This document shows positions 27,872-37,444 of a stretch of DNA of 64,000 nt, one piece after another (positions within the stretch are counted from its first letter, which is position 1; every line of letters starts with the position of its first letter). The DNA is taken from positions 166,125 to 230,124 of the forward strand of contig CAVQVD010000010.1 in assembly GCA_963717045.1 (NCBI GenBank), written 5' to 3'. Below the pieces are notes generated by a model. That model was not told the DNA's origin and searched no databases. It saw nothing but the letters and a program-made list of their open reading frames with translations. The translations under genes were made by a program, and so were the position numbers. This DNA comes from an uncultured delta proteobacterium (lineage in GTDB: Bacteria; Desulfobacterota; Binatia; Binatales; Binataceae).

Positions 27872-29290
27872 ATGGCCGATCAGCAGGTGACCACAACCAG
27901 GGGCTCTCATCTTACGAGCTCGGTGCTCAAGGAATCCGCCATCCAGGATTTCAAAGCAGGTCTGCGGGGGACGCTCCTCCGGCCTGCAGACGCCGGCTAT
28001 GACGAGGCGCGCAAGATCTGGAACGGCATGATCGACAAACGGCCGGCACTGATTGCCTGCTGCAGTGGGGTTGCCGATGTCATCAACTCCGTCAACTTTG
28101 CGCGCGAGCACGATCTTCTCGTGGCTGTGCGCGGGGGCGGCCACAATATCGCCGGTAATGCGACGTGCGACGGCGGAATGATGATGAATCTTTCAGGCAT
28201 GAAGTGCGTGCGAGTCGATCCTGCACGCCGCATCGCCCGCGCGGAGCCCGGGCTGACATGGGCGGAGTTCGATCGCGAAACGCAAGCTTTCGGACTCGCC
28301 ACCACTGGAGGGCAGATTTCCACGACTGGCATCGCCGGGCTTACGCTCGGCGGCGGATGGGGCTATCTGGCGCGCCAACATGGCCTCGCCTGCGACAATC
28401 TGATCTCCGCCGACGTCGTCACCGCCGACGGCCATTTCCTCACAGCGAGCGCGTCGGAGCACGCGGACCTTTTCTGGGGACTGCGCGGTGGCGGTGGAAA
28501 TTTTGGCGTGGTCACCTCTCTCGAGTATCGGCTCCATTCGGTCAGTACCGTTTTGGCGGGCATCGTCGCTTATCCCTTCGCAAGGGCAAAGGCGGCCGTT
28601 CGGCTCTTCCGCGATTTGACTTCTAACGCCCCTGACGAATTGGCCTCGGCGGTCGTTGCGATTACGCTGCCCGACGGAACTCCTGTCGTGGGGATGGTCG
28701 TCTGCTACAACGGGCCGGTGTCGGAGGGCGAGCGGGTCCTTAAACCTCTTAACGCCCTCGGCCCGCCCTTGATTGACCAGATCGGACCCATGCCTTACAC
28801 GAGCGCGCAGAAGTTGATCGACGGTTTCTATCCTTCGGGACTGCAGAACTATTGGAAGTCGAGCTTGCTCAAGGAGATCGGCGACGAGGCGATCGACACC
28901 ATGGAGGCGTACTGCGCCAGACGCCCCTCACCCATGTGCCACGGTTTAATCGAACATCAACTCGGCGGCGCCGTTAGCCGTATCGACGGTGAGGCGACCG
29001 CATTCAATCACCGCGACGTGCAGTACAGTTTCATGAGTATCGGTGAATGCGCTGTTGCGGCCGAGGCGGCTGAATGCGTGCGATGGGCGCGGGATTTCTG
29101 GAAGGCCATGCAGCCTTACTCGACCGGCAGTGTGTACGTCAACTATCTGGGCGATGAGGCCGACGAGGGTGCCGAACGGATCAAGGCCGCCTACGGCCCC
29201 GAAAAATATCGACGACTGGCGGCACTGAAAAGCAAATATGATCCGACAAATCTGTTCCGTCTCAACCAGAACATCAGACCCGCGCCATGA
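27872..29290 (+). CDS. FAD-binding (PCMH-type) oxidase with C-terminal BBE domain
   Basis: VAVRGGGHNIAG FAD_binding_4 motif. C-terminal ..LKSKYDPTNLFRLNQNI berberine-bridge-like motif. Confidence 0.85.
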   Translation: MADQQVTTTRGSHLTSSVLKESAIQDFKAGLRGTLLRPADAGYDEARKIWNGMIDKRPALIACCSGVADVINSVNFAREHDLLVAVRGGGHNIAGNATCDGGMMMNLSGMKCVRVDPARRIARAEPGLTWAEFDRETQAFGLATTGGQISTTGIAGLTLGGGWGYLARQHGLACDNLISADVVTADGHFLTASASEHADLFWGLRGGGGNFGVVTSLEYRLHSVSTVLAGIVAYPFARAKAAVRLFRDLTSNAPDELASAVVAITLPDGTPVVGMVVCYNGPVSEGERVLKPLNALGPPLIDQIGPMPYTSAQKLIDGFYPSGLQNYWKSSLLKEIGDEAIDTMEAYCARRPSPMCHGLIEHQLGGAVSRIDGEATAFNHRDVQYSFMSIGECAVAAEAAECVRWARDFWKAMQPYSTGSVYVNYLGDEADEGAERIKAAYGPEKYRRLAALKSKYDPTNLFRLNQNIRPAP

Positions 29291-29492
29291 GCTTGCCGCG
29301 CCGTTAAAAACCAGGGCAAAGCCAACGCCATTCATGGACTCGTCGCTCGCCCGGTCCGACCGGCTTTGCCTGCTTTGGGCTTTCGTGTTAGCGAGAACCA
29401 GGAGCTAGGGCGCGCTCTAGCCGCAGTTCCCGATTTACCAAAAGCAGGGCGACGCGCGACAATGCCCTACAACGCCATTTGGAGGTATCGCG

Positions 29493-30290
29493 ATGGCTTA
29501 TGCTGACAACAAGGGAGTCAAAATCTATTACGAGAGTTGGGGAAGCGGCGTGCCGATCGTGTTTCTTCACCCATGGTCGACCAATGGTTACATCTGGTAT
29601 TTCCAGATTTTCCATTTCGCCCAGACCAATACCTGCGTGACGGTCGACCATCGCGGACACGGACGCTCCGACAAGCCAGCGAAAGGCTATTCGATCCAGG
29701 AGCACGCGAGCGATGTCGCGGCAGTGATGGACGCGGCAAACATCGACAAGGCGGTCATCGTCGGCAACTCGATCGGCGGAATGATTGCGATGCAATTCTG
29801 TCTCGCGCGCCCCGAACGCGTGCTGGGCCTGGTGATCCAGAGCAGCGGCACGGCGCTGTCGGAAGGCCTGCCCAAGGAAGTGATGGAGGCGATGGTTCGC
29901 GACCGCGACGCCACCTTTAATCAGCTCCTGGAGGGCACGGTGTCGGCGCGCACCAAGCGCGAGCGGCCCGAAATCCTGGACTTGGCGCGGGCGAGTTTCA
30001 TGCTCGAATCCAACTGGCCGCGCCATGTCTTTGATTCAGCGATCAAAGATCCCAATGGCGTTTTCAACTGGAATATCAAGCATCGCCTCAAGGACATCAA
30101 GCGGCCGACGCTGGTGCTCGCGGGCGAGGAGGACCAGGCGACCCCAGTCGCGGCGAATAAATTTCTGGCCGACAATATTCCGAACGCCAAGCTGGCCGTG
30201 CTCAAGGATATCGGCCACTTCTATCAGCTCGAGCAGCCGGCGGCGTTCAATGCTTCGCTCGATGAATTTCTAAAATCTATTGCGCGCTAG
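29493..30290 (+). CDS. Alpha/beta-fold hydrolase
   Basis: HGRSDKP, nucleophile elbow GNSIGG, and C-terminal ..DIGHFYQLEQP (catalytic His region). Confidence 0.8.
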   Translation: MAYADNKGVKIYYESWGSGVPIVFLHPWSTNGYIWYFQIFHFAQTNTCVTVDHRGHGRSDKPAKGYSIQEHASDVAAVMDAANIDKAVIVGNSIGGMIAMQFCLARPERVLGLVIQSSGTALSEGLPKEVMEAMVRDRDATFNQLLEGTVSARTKRERPEILDLARASFMLESNWPRHVFDSAIKDPNGVFNWNIKHRLKDIKRPTLVLAGEEDQATPVAANKFLADNIPNAKLAVLKDIGHFYQLEQPAAFNASLDEFLKSIAR

Positions 30291-30322
30291 CTCCGAGCCG
30301 CGCAGCGAAAGGAGCGGACGTC

Positions 30323-31414
30323 ATGGCGATGGATTTCGGCATCTTCTATGAGATCGAGCTCAAGAAACCCTACGGGCCGCGAGCCGAATACGACGTCTTT
30401 CAGCAGGTGATTGCGCAGGTGGTCGAGGCCGAGCGCGTTGGCTTCACCAACTTCTGGTCGGTCGAGCATCACTTCCTCTCCGAGTTCGCCTATAGTTCAG
30501 CGCCCGAGGTTCTCTACGGCGCACTCTCGCAGCGCACCAGTAAAATTCGGATTGGACACGGCGTACGCCTGCTGCCGTTCCCGTACAACCACCCGATCCG
30601 GGTGGCCGAGATGGGCGCGACGGTCGACCTCTTGTGCGAGGGGCGGATGGAGTTCGGTACCGGGCGCTCGGTAAGCAGGGACGAGCTCGAGGGCTTCGGC
30701 ATCAACCCCAGCGAGACGCGCGCTCTATGGGAAGAGGCGCTCGACATCGTGGTCGGCGCGTGGACCAACGAGGTGTTCTCGTGGGAGGGCAAGTATTTCA
30801 AGATCCCGCCGCGCGAGATCATCCCCAAGCCGTTCCAGAAGCCGCATCCGCCCCTGTGGTGCGCGTCGACCGGGCCCGAGACGCATGAGATTGCGGGGCG
30901 AAAGGGAATCGGTCTGCTCTCGTTCACGCTGCTGGTCGATCCCGAGGAGCTCAAGCGGCGTATCGGGATCTACCGCGCCGGCCTCGCGCAGGCCAAGCCG
31001 GTCGGTAAGTTCATCAACGATCGCGCTGCGACCTTCACAATGGTGCATTGCGCAGAGACCAACAAGGAGGCGCGCGAAACCGCCAAGGCGGCGATGGAAT
31101 GGTACGCACACAGGGCTTTCGAGGCGGTCGCCTCGGTCGGTATGTGGCAGTCGGGCAGGACCGACATCGGCACCTACGAGTACCTCAAGGAGATGATGAA
31201 CATTGATCCGGCCACGATCAATTTCGACCACATGGATCAAAGCGACATGATCATCTGCGGCGACCCGGACACCTGCATCAGGAAGGTCAAGCGCTACCAG
31301 GAGGCGGGATGCCAGCAACTGCTGTGCTTCATGCAGATCTACGACATCCCACATCAGAAAATCATGGATTCGATAAAGCTCTGGGGTAAGCACGTAATTC
31401 CGTATTTCAAATAG
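30323..31414 (+). CDS. LLM-class flavin/F420-dependent oxidoreductase
   Basis: ..FWSVEHHF...[34 protein letters not shown]. Paralogous in fold to 26029..27192. Confidence 0.85.
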   Translation: MAMDFGIFYEIELKKPYGPRAEYDVFQQVIAQVVEAERVGFTNFWSVEHHFLSEFAYSSAPEVLYGALSQRTSKIRIGHGVRLLPFPYNHPIRVAEMGATVDLLCEGRMEFGTGRSVSRDELEGFGINPSETRALWEEALDIVVGAWTNEVFSWEGKYFKIPPREIIPKPFQKPHPPLWCASTGPETHEIAGRKGIGLLSFTLLVDPEELKRRIGIYRAGLAQAKPVGKFINDRAATFTMVHCAETNKEARETAKAAMEWYAHRAFEAVASVGMWQSGRTDIGTYEYLKEMMNIDPATINFDHMDQSDMIICGDPDTCIRKVKRYQEAGCQQLLCFMQIYDIPHQKIMDSIKLWGKHVIPYFK

Positions 31415-31644
31415 CGATGCGCGCCGCCGGGGACGCTTGCGATTGCACGGTGGAGCGTCAGAGCGAGCCCAGTAGGATTGGCTCGGAGAGAGGACTGAAT
31501 AGAGGTAGAGCGGCTGGAAGTTGTGTGGTGGCGGGGCGCCGGAGCGTTTGTTTTGGCGCTCCACGCTGCTTCACGATGGCGCGGTGCAGGGCTGCTGAGC
31601 TACGATTCGCCGCGGCGGGAAATAGCATCTGTTCGGAGGTCCGG

Positions 31645-32412
31645 ATGAATCTCAAAGATGCGGTGGCAGTAATCACCGGCGGCGGCTCGGGATTGGGCGC
31701 GGCGACCGCGCATGAATTCGCCGAACGCGGTGCGAAGGTCGCGATTCTCGATCTGCCGTCTTCGCCCGGCGCGAAACTCGCCGACGCCTTCGGCGACAAA
31801 GGGCTGTTCGTCGCCGCCGACGTCACTTCGGGGCCCGAAGTCGAGGCGGCGGTCGCCAAAGCGGCCGAGCATTTCGCCACGGTGCATATCGCGGTCAACT
31901 GCGCCGGCATCGGACGCGCGTCGCGCACGCTTTCTAAAGACGGGCCGCACTCGCTCGAGCTATTCAACAAAGTGATTCAGATAAACCTGGTCGGGACTTT
32001 CAACACGATTCGGATTGCGGCGGCGCGGATGGCGAAGAACCAGCCCAACAGCGAAGGCGAGCGCGGCGTGATCATCAACACCGCTTCGATCGCGGCCTAC
32101 GACGGCCAAATTGGACAGGCGGCCTATGCGGCCTCCAAGGGCGGGGTGGTGAGCTTGACCTTGCCGATCGCGCGCGACCTCGCTTCGCTCGGTATCCGCG
32201 TTTGCACCATCGCGCCGGGAATTTTCGAGACCCCGATGCTCGGTCAGTTGCCGGACCCGGCGCGCAAGGCGCTCGAAGCATCAATCCCCTTTCCGTCGCG
32301 GCTGGGGCGGCCGAGCGAGTACGCGGCGCTCGCGCGCCATATCGTCGAGAACACGATGCTCAACGGCGAGACGATCCGGCTCGACGGGGCGCTCCGGATG
32401 GCGCCGCGCTAG
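31645..32412 (+). CDS. SDR-family dehydrogenase (type II 3-hydroxyacyl-CoA dehydrogenase-like)
   Basis: Internal ATG 31645 of ORF 31417..32412. [16 protein letters not shown] and YAASKGG motifs, and the ending ..[14 protein letters not shown] is typical of this subgroup. Confidence 0.8.
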   Translation: MNLKDAVAVITGGGSGLGAATAHEFAERGAKVAILDLPSSPGAKLADAFGDKGLFVAADVTSGPEVEAAVAKAAEHFATVHIAVNCAGIGRASRTLSKDGPHSLELFNKVIQINLVGTFNTIRIAAARMAKNQPNSEGERGVIINTASIAAYDGQIGQAAYAASKGGVVSLTLPIARDLASLGIRVCTIAPGIFETPMLGQLPDPARKALEASIPFPSRLGRPSEYAALARHIVENTMLNGETIRLDGALRMAPR

Positions 32413-32515
32413 AAGCGGCGCATCAGAGCGGAAATTTAAGGGACCCCCACCCGCACCCTCTGCCGCAACGATGCGGGCGAGGGCTCACAAGAAGGCTACG
32501 TTACGGGCTCGAGAC

Positions 32516-33238
32516 TTAGTGCGGTGAAGTGTTGTCGGGAGCGCTCGGGCGGGGAGAGGCGGCGTCCGGGGATTCCATCTCGGGAAATCCGGCGTCAGGC
32601 GCGGCTACCTGAGGAGCTGTCATCTCGGGCACCGTACCCTCAGGACTGATCGCGATCGGACCCGGCGGCATCGCCAGTTCGGGTGCGTCCGCACCTATTG
32701 GAATTATCAACATCCCCTGCTGGTAGTGCGGTCCGCCCACGATCAGCATTCCGTGATTACGCAGCCTCACGTCAGTGGTCATCACCGGCCGCGCGCCCTG
32801 AAACAGCATCAGCTCCATCGCGATCATGTTGTCGCGCACGGCGCTCGGCTCGACGTGCACGATCCATCCGCCGGGCAACGCAAACGCGGCCCTCTGTCCG
32901 CACTCGGTGCGTTCGACCTGATGGCTGACGAGGCGGTAAGTCGTGTAGCGGAAGATCGATTCCAGCCGCAGGCCCATCGGCAGCAGCCGTTCATCGACTC
33001 CCTGACCTGTATCCGCCGCGATCACTTCATCGACGCTCAGCAGGATCACTCGATGATGCTGAATGCTGTTGGGTTGCCCGGCACGCACTGCGGCGGCTTT
33101 GTCGTTTGACGCCTGAGGAGGTGTCTGGGGCGTCTGCGGGCCTTGCGGCGGAGCCGCCGGTGTAGGCTGTGCCTGAGCGCCCATCGCGAGCAACATCACG
33201 AGAAGCGCTGTAAATGAAGGGATCGTCAGACGATGCAT
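32516..33238 (-). CDS. Secreted hypothetical protein with Pro-rich N- and C-terminal tails (third gene of the ECF operon)
   Basis: Internal ATG 33238 (MHRLTIPSFTALLVMLLAMGAQA/QP), 2 nt after the anti-sigma stop. The upstream part of ORF 32516..33544 overlaps the anti-sigma gene. Confidence 0.55.
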   Translation of the reverse strand: MHRLTIPSFTALLVMLLAMGAQAQPTPAAPPQGPQTPQTPPQASNDKAAAVRAGQPNSIQHHRVILLSVDEVIAADTGQGVDERLLPMGLRLESIFRYTTYRLVSHQVERTECGQRAAFALPGGWIVHVEPSAVRDNMIAMELMLFQGARPVMTTDVRLRNHGMLIVGGPHYQQGMLIIPIGADAPELAMPPGPIAISPEGTVPEMTAPQVAAPDAGFPEMESPDAASPRPSAPDNTSPH

Positions 33239-33240
33239 AG

Positions 33241-33810
33241 TCAGTGTTGTTGATCGGGCAGCCATATGACTGTGGTGTTCTGACTTGGCTCGCTCCATAC
33301 GGCGACGTCGGGGTTGGAGGTCTCGAGCTTCGAGATGATCGTGTTGGGCTCGCCGCTGACGGAGGCCAGCCTTGCGCGTGACTTGACCGCATCGCGCGCC
33401 GCCAACTGCACGCTGTGGCCACCCGCGCCGGTCATGTTGCGAGCGAGCGGAGTTGTGATCGCGATGGTTACTATCGCCGCGACCCCCATTGCGAACGCCA
33501 GGGCCGCGCCGTTGCCGAAACGCTCGCGCTGAGTTTCGAACCATCGGCTGAGGCGGCGCAGCAGCGGCGGCCGCAGTTGCTCGATACCGGCCTGCACGGC
33601 CATCGCGAAGCCCTCGAGCGATGGAGTCGGCGCGGCCTCACGGAGGATGCGTCCTATCGAGGAATAGCCGGCCAGGACATTTTCACAATTAGTGCAGCTC
33701 GCGAGATGGCGGGCGACCTCCTGCATCTCATGCGGGGGGAGTTCGCCGTCTTCGAAAGGTCCCAGGAGGGGATCCATCTCATCACATTGAACCATATTAT
33801 TTGGGACCAT
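33241..33810 (-). CDS. Anti-sigma factor (zf-HC2 type, single TM)
   Basis: HLASCTNCENVL (H-x3-C-x2-C) near the N-terminus, plus a central TM (AALAFAMGVAAIVTIAITT). Lies directly downstream of the ECF sigma gene. Confidence 0.7.
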   Translation of the reverse strand: MVPNNMVQCDEMDPLLGPFEDGELPPHEMQEVARHLASCTNCENVLAGYSSIGRILREAAPTPSLEGFAMAVQAGIEQLRPPLLRRLSRWFETQRERFGNGAALAFAMGVAAIVTIAITTPLARNMTGAGGHSVQLAARDAVKSRARLASVSGEPNTIISKLETSNPDVAVWSEPSQNTTVIWLPDQQH

Positions 33811-33830
33811 AATGTCTGGAGCCCGGTGCC

Positions 33831-34409
33831 TTAATCCTCAGCTAAGTCTTTGAGGATTTCGCGCAGGTGATTGCGGGCGTAGTGCAACCGGCTCATCACG
33901 GTTCCTCGTGGGCACTGCAACACATCGCTTATTTCATCGTAAGACAGGCCTTCAACCTCGCGTAGAAGTATCGCGGCCCGATGTTCTGGCGTCAACTGGT
34001 CGAGCGCGCCCTTGATGCGCTGGGCCAGTTCGCTCCGTTGCGCTTCCCTGTACGAATCGCCGAGCTTGCTTGGCAGCCGCTGGAGCTCTGTTTCGGCTTC
34101 CTCACCGCGCATCGTCGGACGGCGCTGTTCGCTACGGCGAAAATCGATTGCGAGGTTGGCGGCAATCCGGTAGAGCCAGGTCGAAAAGCTCGAGCGCGAT
34201 TCGAATTTGCCGACGTTCGCGAAAGCACGTATGAAAGTCTCCTGAGCCAGCTCAAGCGCATCTTCCTGGTTGTGAACCACCGCCATCGCGACGCCCACCA
34301 CCCGCCTCTGATAACGCTCGACCAGGATGCCAAACGCCTTCGTGTCCCCCGTTTTCGCCCGCTCGATGAGCTCGGCTTCGTCCCCGTCCTGGCGGTTTGG
34401 CTTGTTCAA
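33831..34409 (-). CDS. ECF (group IV) sigma-70 family RNA polymerase sigma factor
   Basis: Region 2 (..ALELAQETFIRAFANVGKF..FSTWLYRIAANLAIDFRR) and region 4 HTH (LSYDEISDVLQCPRGTVMSRLHYAR). Confidence 0.85.
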   Translation of the reverse strand: MNKPNRQDGDEAELIERAKTGDTKAFGILVERYQRRVVGVAMAVVHNQEDALELAQETFIRAFANVGKFESRSSFSTWLYRIAANLAIDFRRSEQRRPTMRGEEAETELQRLPSKLGDSYREAQRSELAQRIKGALDQLTPEHRAAILLREVEGLSYDEISDVLQCPRGTVMSRLHYARNHLREILKDLAED

Positions 34410-34448
34410 TGGGTTAGACGCGGGTCAATCGGGCAAAATTCAGGCCGA

Positions 34449-37247
34449 TTATCCTCGACGGCCCTCCAGCTCGGCCCAGTTGGGACCCCATTTGAGTTCG
34501 ACCTTCAAAGGAACTCGCAGTTCCGCCACTCCTTCCATCTCCCGCCGAGCCGCCTCCGATACAGGCTCGCGCTCGGAGTGCGGCAGTTCCAAAAGCAACT
34601 CGTCATGCACTTGTAAAAGCATCCGGGCCGTCAATTTTTGCTCTTTGATCGCTCGCTCCAGCCTAATCATCGCGAGCTTAATGAGATCCGCGGCCGTTCC
34701 CTGAAGCGGCGTGTTGATGGCGATGCGCTCCGCTTGGGCCCGCGCGCCGCCTTGTGGGGAGTTCAGCTCGGGCAGGTATCGCCGCCGACCATACAACGTG
34801 GCGACCCATCCTCGCTCGCGCGCCAGGGCCAGCGATTCTTCCAGGTACGTATGAACTCCGGGCAGCCGTTCGAAGTACCGCTTGATGTAGTCGGAAGCCT
34901 CCTTGAGGCTGATTCCAAGTTCGCCCGCCAACCGCTGCGGGCCCATCCCATAGATGATGCCGAAATTGATCACCTTGGCCCGTCGGCGCGCCTCGGGGTC
35001 CACATCCGCGGGTTTGCTACCCAGCACCTCGGCGGCGGTGCGCGCATGGATATCCTCTCCGCGGCGAAAAGCATCGATGAGAGTCGGATCGCCGGAGAGA
35101 TGCGCGAGCACGCGCAGTTCGATCTGCGAGTAGTCGGCCGAGAGCATCAGGCATCCCGGGTCGGCGACAAAGGCGCGCCGGATACGGCGCCCCTCCTCGC
35201 TGCGGGTTGGGATGTTCTGCAGATTGGGGTCAGTGGAGCTAAGCCGGCCGGTTGCCGTCAGCGCCTGATGGAAGGAGGTATGGAGCCGCCCGGTCACCGG
35301 GTCGATAAGCTGCGGCAGCGCGTCGCTGTAGGTCGATTTGAGCTTCGCGATCGCGCGGTACTCGAGCAGTTGACCGGGCAGCGGATGGACCTCCGCCAGT
35401 TTCTCCAGCGTGTCGGCGTCGGTTGAGAAGCCGCCCTTGGTCTTCTTGAGCCCCTTGGCCGAGAGCTTGAGGTCCTCGAACAGCACCTGGCGCAGTTGGA
35501 TCGGCGAGTTGAGATTGAACTGGCGGCCGGCCAGCAGATAGCAATTCTGCTCCATGCGCTCGAGCTTCGCGCCCAACTCGGCCGAGATCGCTTTCAGCGC
35601 TTCGCCGTCCACCGCGATTCCGGTCTCTTCCATCTCAGCCAGGATGCGGGCGACCGGCAGCTCGATTCCGCTGAACAGCGATTCGAGGCCGTTCTCCGCG
35701 AGCTTCGGCATCAGCGCTTGGCGCAGCGCGGCGATGAGTTCTGGTTCGGATCCGGGATTGCGATTGCCGCCCAACGGCGCGAGGTAGTCGTGATAGAGAT
35801 CGATGAGCGAGGGTTCGGACCGCCCCGGGTTGACCAGGAACCCGGCCAGCATCGTGTCGAAGTCGACACCCGCGAGCTCGACTCCGTAGCGGCTCTTGAG
35901 ACGCCGCAGATGCTCCTTCAGATCGTGGCAGCTTCGGGGCGGAGTGGCCGCGGCGAGCAGCGGCGCCGCAGCCGCGATGCTCGCGGCTGGTAGCACGTAG
36001 GTTTCGTCTTCACCCTCTGCGCGGAGCTTCAGCCGTCCGCTCCCGGAGGAAGGTGATACTCCGGCGGCTTTCGCCACGCGCCCTTTGGCTCCGCCCACTT
36101 TAGGGCTGCCGCTCGCCGGAGCGTCGTCGCCAAAATCCAGCGAGCCGCTAACTTCGCTCGAGGCGCCGCCTTCCGCCGCATCGTCCGTTCTAAACGATCC
36201 ATCGTCGTCTGGATCGTCCGTGGCCGTTTCGGAGCGAGTCTCGCCATCTTCCAGGTGAAGCGCGAGACGCGGCCCGCGCGCGAGCCGGGCAATCAGGGCC
36301 GCCACCTCGTCGCTTGTAACCTCATGCTCGCGGGTCGCCGCGCCGCCGGTCGGCAACGAGGTTTGTGCCGGAGTAAGCTCGTTCAGGAGCGATTGGAACT
36401 CCAGTTCGCGCAGCAATTCACTTACCGCACGATCGTCGATACCAGGCCAATCGAGCGCGCTCACCTCAGCCTCGATCGGCGCGGCCGTGTCGATACTCAC
36501 GAGTTTGCGCGCAAGCTCGGCGCCGGCGCGATGTTCCGCGAGCAGCGCGGCGACTCTTTTTGCGCCGCGGAGCCCCGAAATGGCTTCGACCTCCGCGAGA
36601 TTGGCGTAGAGCTTGTCGAGCGATCCGAAATGCTTGATCAGCGCGGTCGCGGTTTTCTCGCCGACACCGGGAACGCCCTTGATGTTGTCGATTGAATCGC
36701 CCATCAGCGCCATCACGTCGACTACCGCAGACGGGTCGACGCCGAGCCGAGCGCGCACCTCGCGCGCGTCGACGCGCCGGTCGCGCATCGTGTTCCACAG
36801 CGTCACATGTGGCCCAACGAGCTGCATGAAGTCCTTGTCCTCGGTGACAATCACGGTCGCGAAGCGCTTGGTTGCGGCGCGCGCGGCGAGCGTGCCGATG
36901 ACGTCGTCGGCCTCGTAGCCCTCGAGCACCAGGCTTTTGATCCGAAACGCCTCGACCGCGCGCAGGATGTATGGTATCTGCACGCTCAAATCGCTGGGCG
37001 CCTCGACGCGGTTGGCCTTGTAGGATTCGAAAAGATCGTCGCGGAAGGTCTTGCGCGGCGAGTCGAAGACCACGGCGATATGCCGCGGACGCTCCTCCTT
37101 GAGCAACTTGAAGAGCATCCGGATAAATCCGTAAACGGCGTTGGTGGGCAGCCCGCGCGAATTGTTGAGCTGCGGAAGGGCGAAGAACGCGCGGAAGATA
37201 TACCCCGAGCCGTCGATCAGATACAGTGTCGGCCGTTCCTCAGCCAT
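34449..37247 (-). CDS. polA: DNA polymerase I
   Basis: N-terminal 5' nuclease domain. Polymerase motifs A (LSADYSQIELRVLAH), B (RRRAKVINFGIIYGM) and C (LQVHDELLLE). 932 aa. Confidence 0.95.
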   Translation of the reverse strand: MAEERPTLYLIDGSGYIFRAFFALPQLNNSRGLPTNAVYGFIRMLFKLLKEERPRHIAVVFDSPRKTFRDDLFESYKANRVEAPSDLSVQIPYILRAVEAFRIKSLVLEGYEADDVIGTLAARAATKRFATVIVTEDKDFMQLVGPHVTLWNTMRDRRVDAREVRARLGVDPSAVVDVMALMGDSIDNIKGVPGVGEKTATALIKHFGSLDKLYANLAEVEAISGLRGAKRVAALLAEHRAGAELARKLVSIDTAAPIEAEVSALDWPGIDDRAVSELLRELEFQSLLNELTPAQTSLPTGGAATREHEVTSDEVAALIARLARGPRLALHLEDGETRSETATDDPDDDGSFRTDDAAEGGASSEVSGSLDFGDDAPASGSPKVGGAKGRVAKAAGVSPSSGSGRLKLRAEGEDETYVLPAASIAAAAPLLAAATPPRSCHDLKEHLRRLKSRYGVELAGVDFDTMLAGFLVNPGRSEPSLIDLYHDYLAPLGGNRNPGSEPELIAALRQALMPKLAENGLESLFSGIELPVARILAEMEETGIAVDGEALKAISAELGAKLERMEQNCYLLAGRQFNLNSPIQLRQVLFEDLKLSAKGLKKTKGGFSTDADTLEKLAEVHPLPGQLLEYRAIAKLKSTYSDALPQLIDPVTGRLHTSFHQALTATGRLSSTDPNLQNIPTRSEEGRRIRRAFVADPGCLMLSADYSQIELRVLAHLSGDPTLIDAFRRGEDIHARTAAEVLGSKPADVDPEARRRAKVINFGIIYGMGPQRLAGELGISLKEASDYIKRYFERLPGVHTYLEESLALARERGWVATLYGRRRYLPELNSPQGGARAQAERIAINTPLQGTAADLIKLAMIRLERAIKEQKLTARMLLQVHDELLLELPHSEREPVSEAARREMEGVAELRVPLKVELKWGPNWAELEGRRG
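34497..34524 (-). promoter_or_regulatory. Candidate ECF-type promoter (GGAACT-N16-GTCGAA) inside the 3' end of polA
   Basis: On the minus strand, GGAACT (34524-34519), a 16-nt spacer, then GTCGAA (34502-34497), about 90 nt upstream of the sigma ATG. Only 39 nt separate the polA stop from the sigma start. Motif match only. Confidence 0.25.
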
Positions 37248-37312
37248 CGGCGTGTGAAACTATCCCAAGCAGTGGTCAAAGCAAAACCGTTGCGTCCTGC
37301 TTGCTTCTTATA

Positions 37313-37341
37313 TTGACACTTAGTGCGGCTGCGGATTAACT
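37313..37341 (+). promoter_or_regulatory. Candidate sigma-70 promoter for the ABC operon (TTGACA-N17-TTAACT)
   Basis: Perfect -35 at 37313-18 and a weak -10 at 37336-41, about 100 nt upstream of ATG 37445. Confidence 0.3.
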
Positions 37342-37444
37342 AATCGATTGCTTGCCGAGGCCGGATTGAAGCTTCGGGAGCTTTCCGTCGTCAAAACCCG
37401 TTAGGACTGGGCGCCGTGCAGCGGCTGCCGCCGAGGCGATCCGC

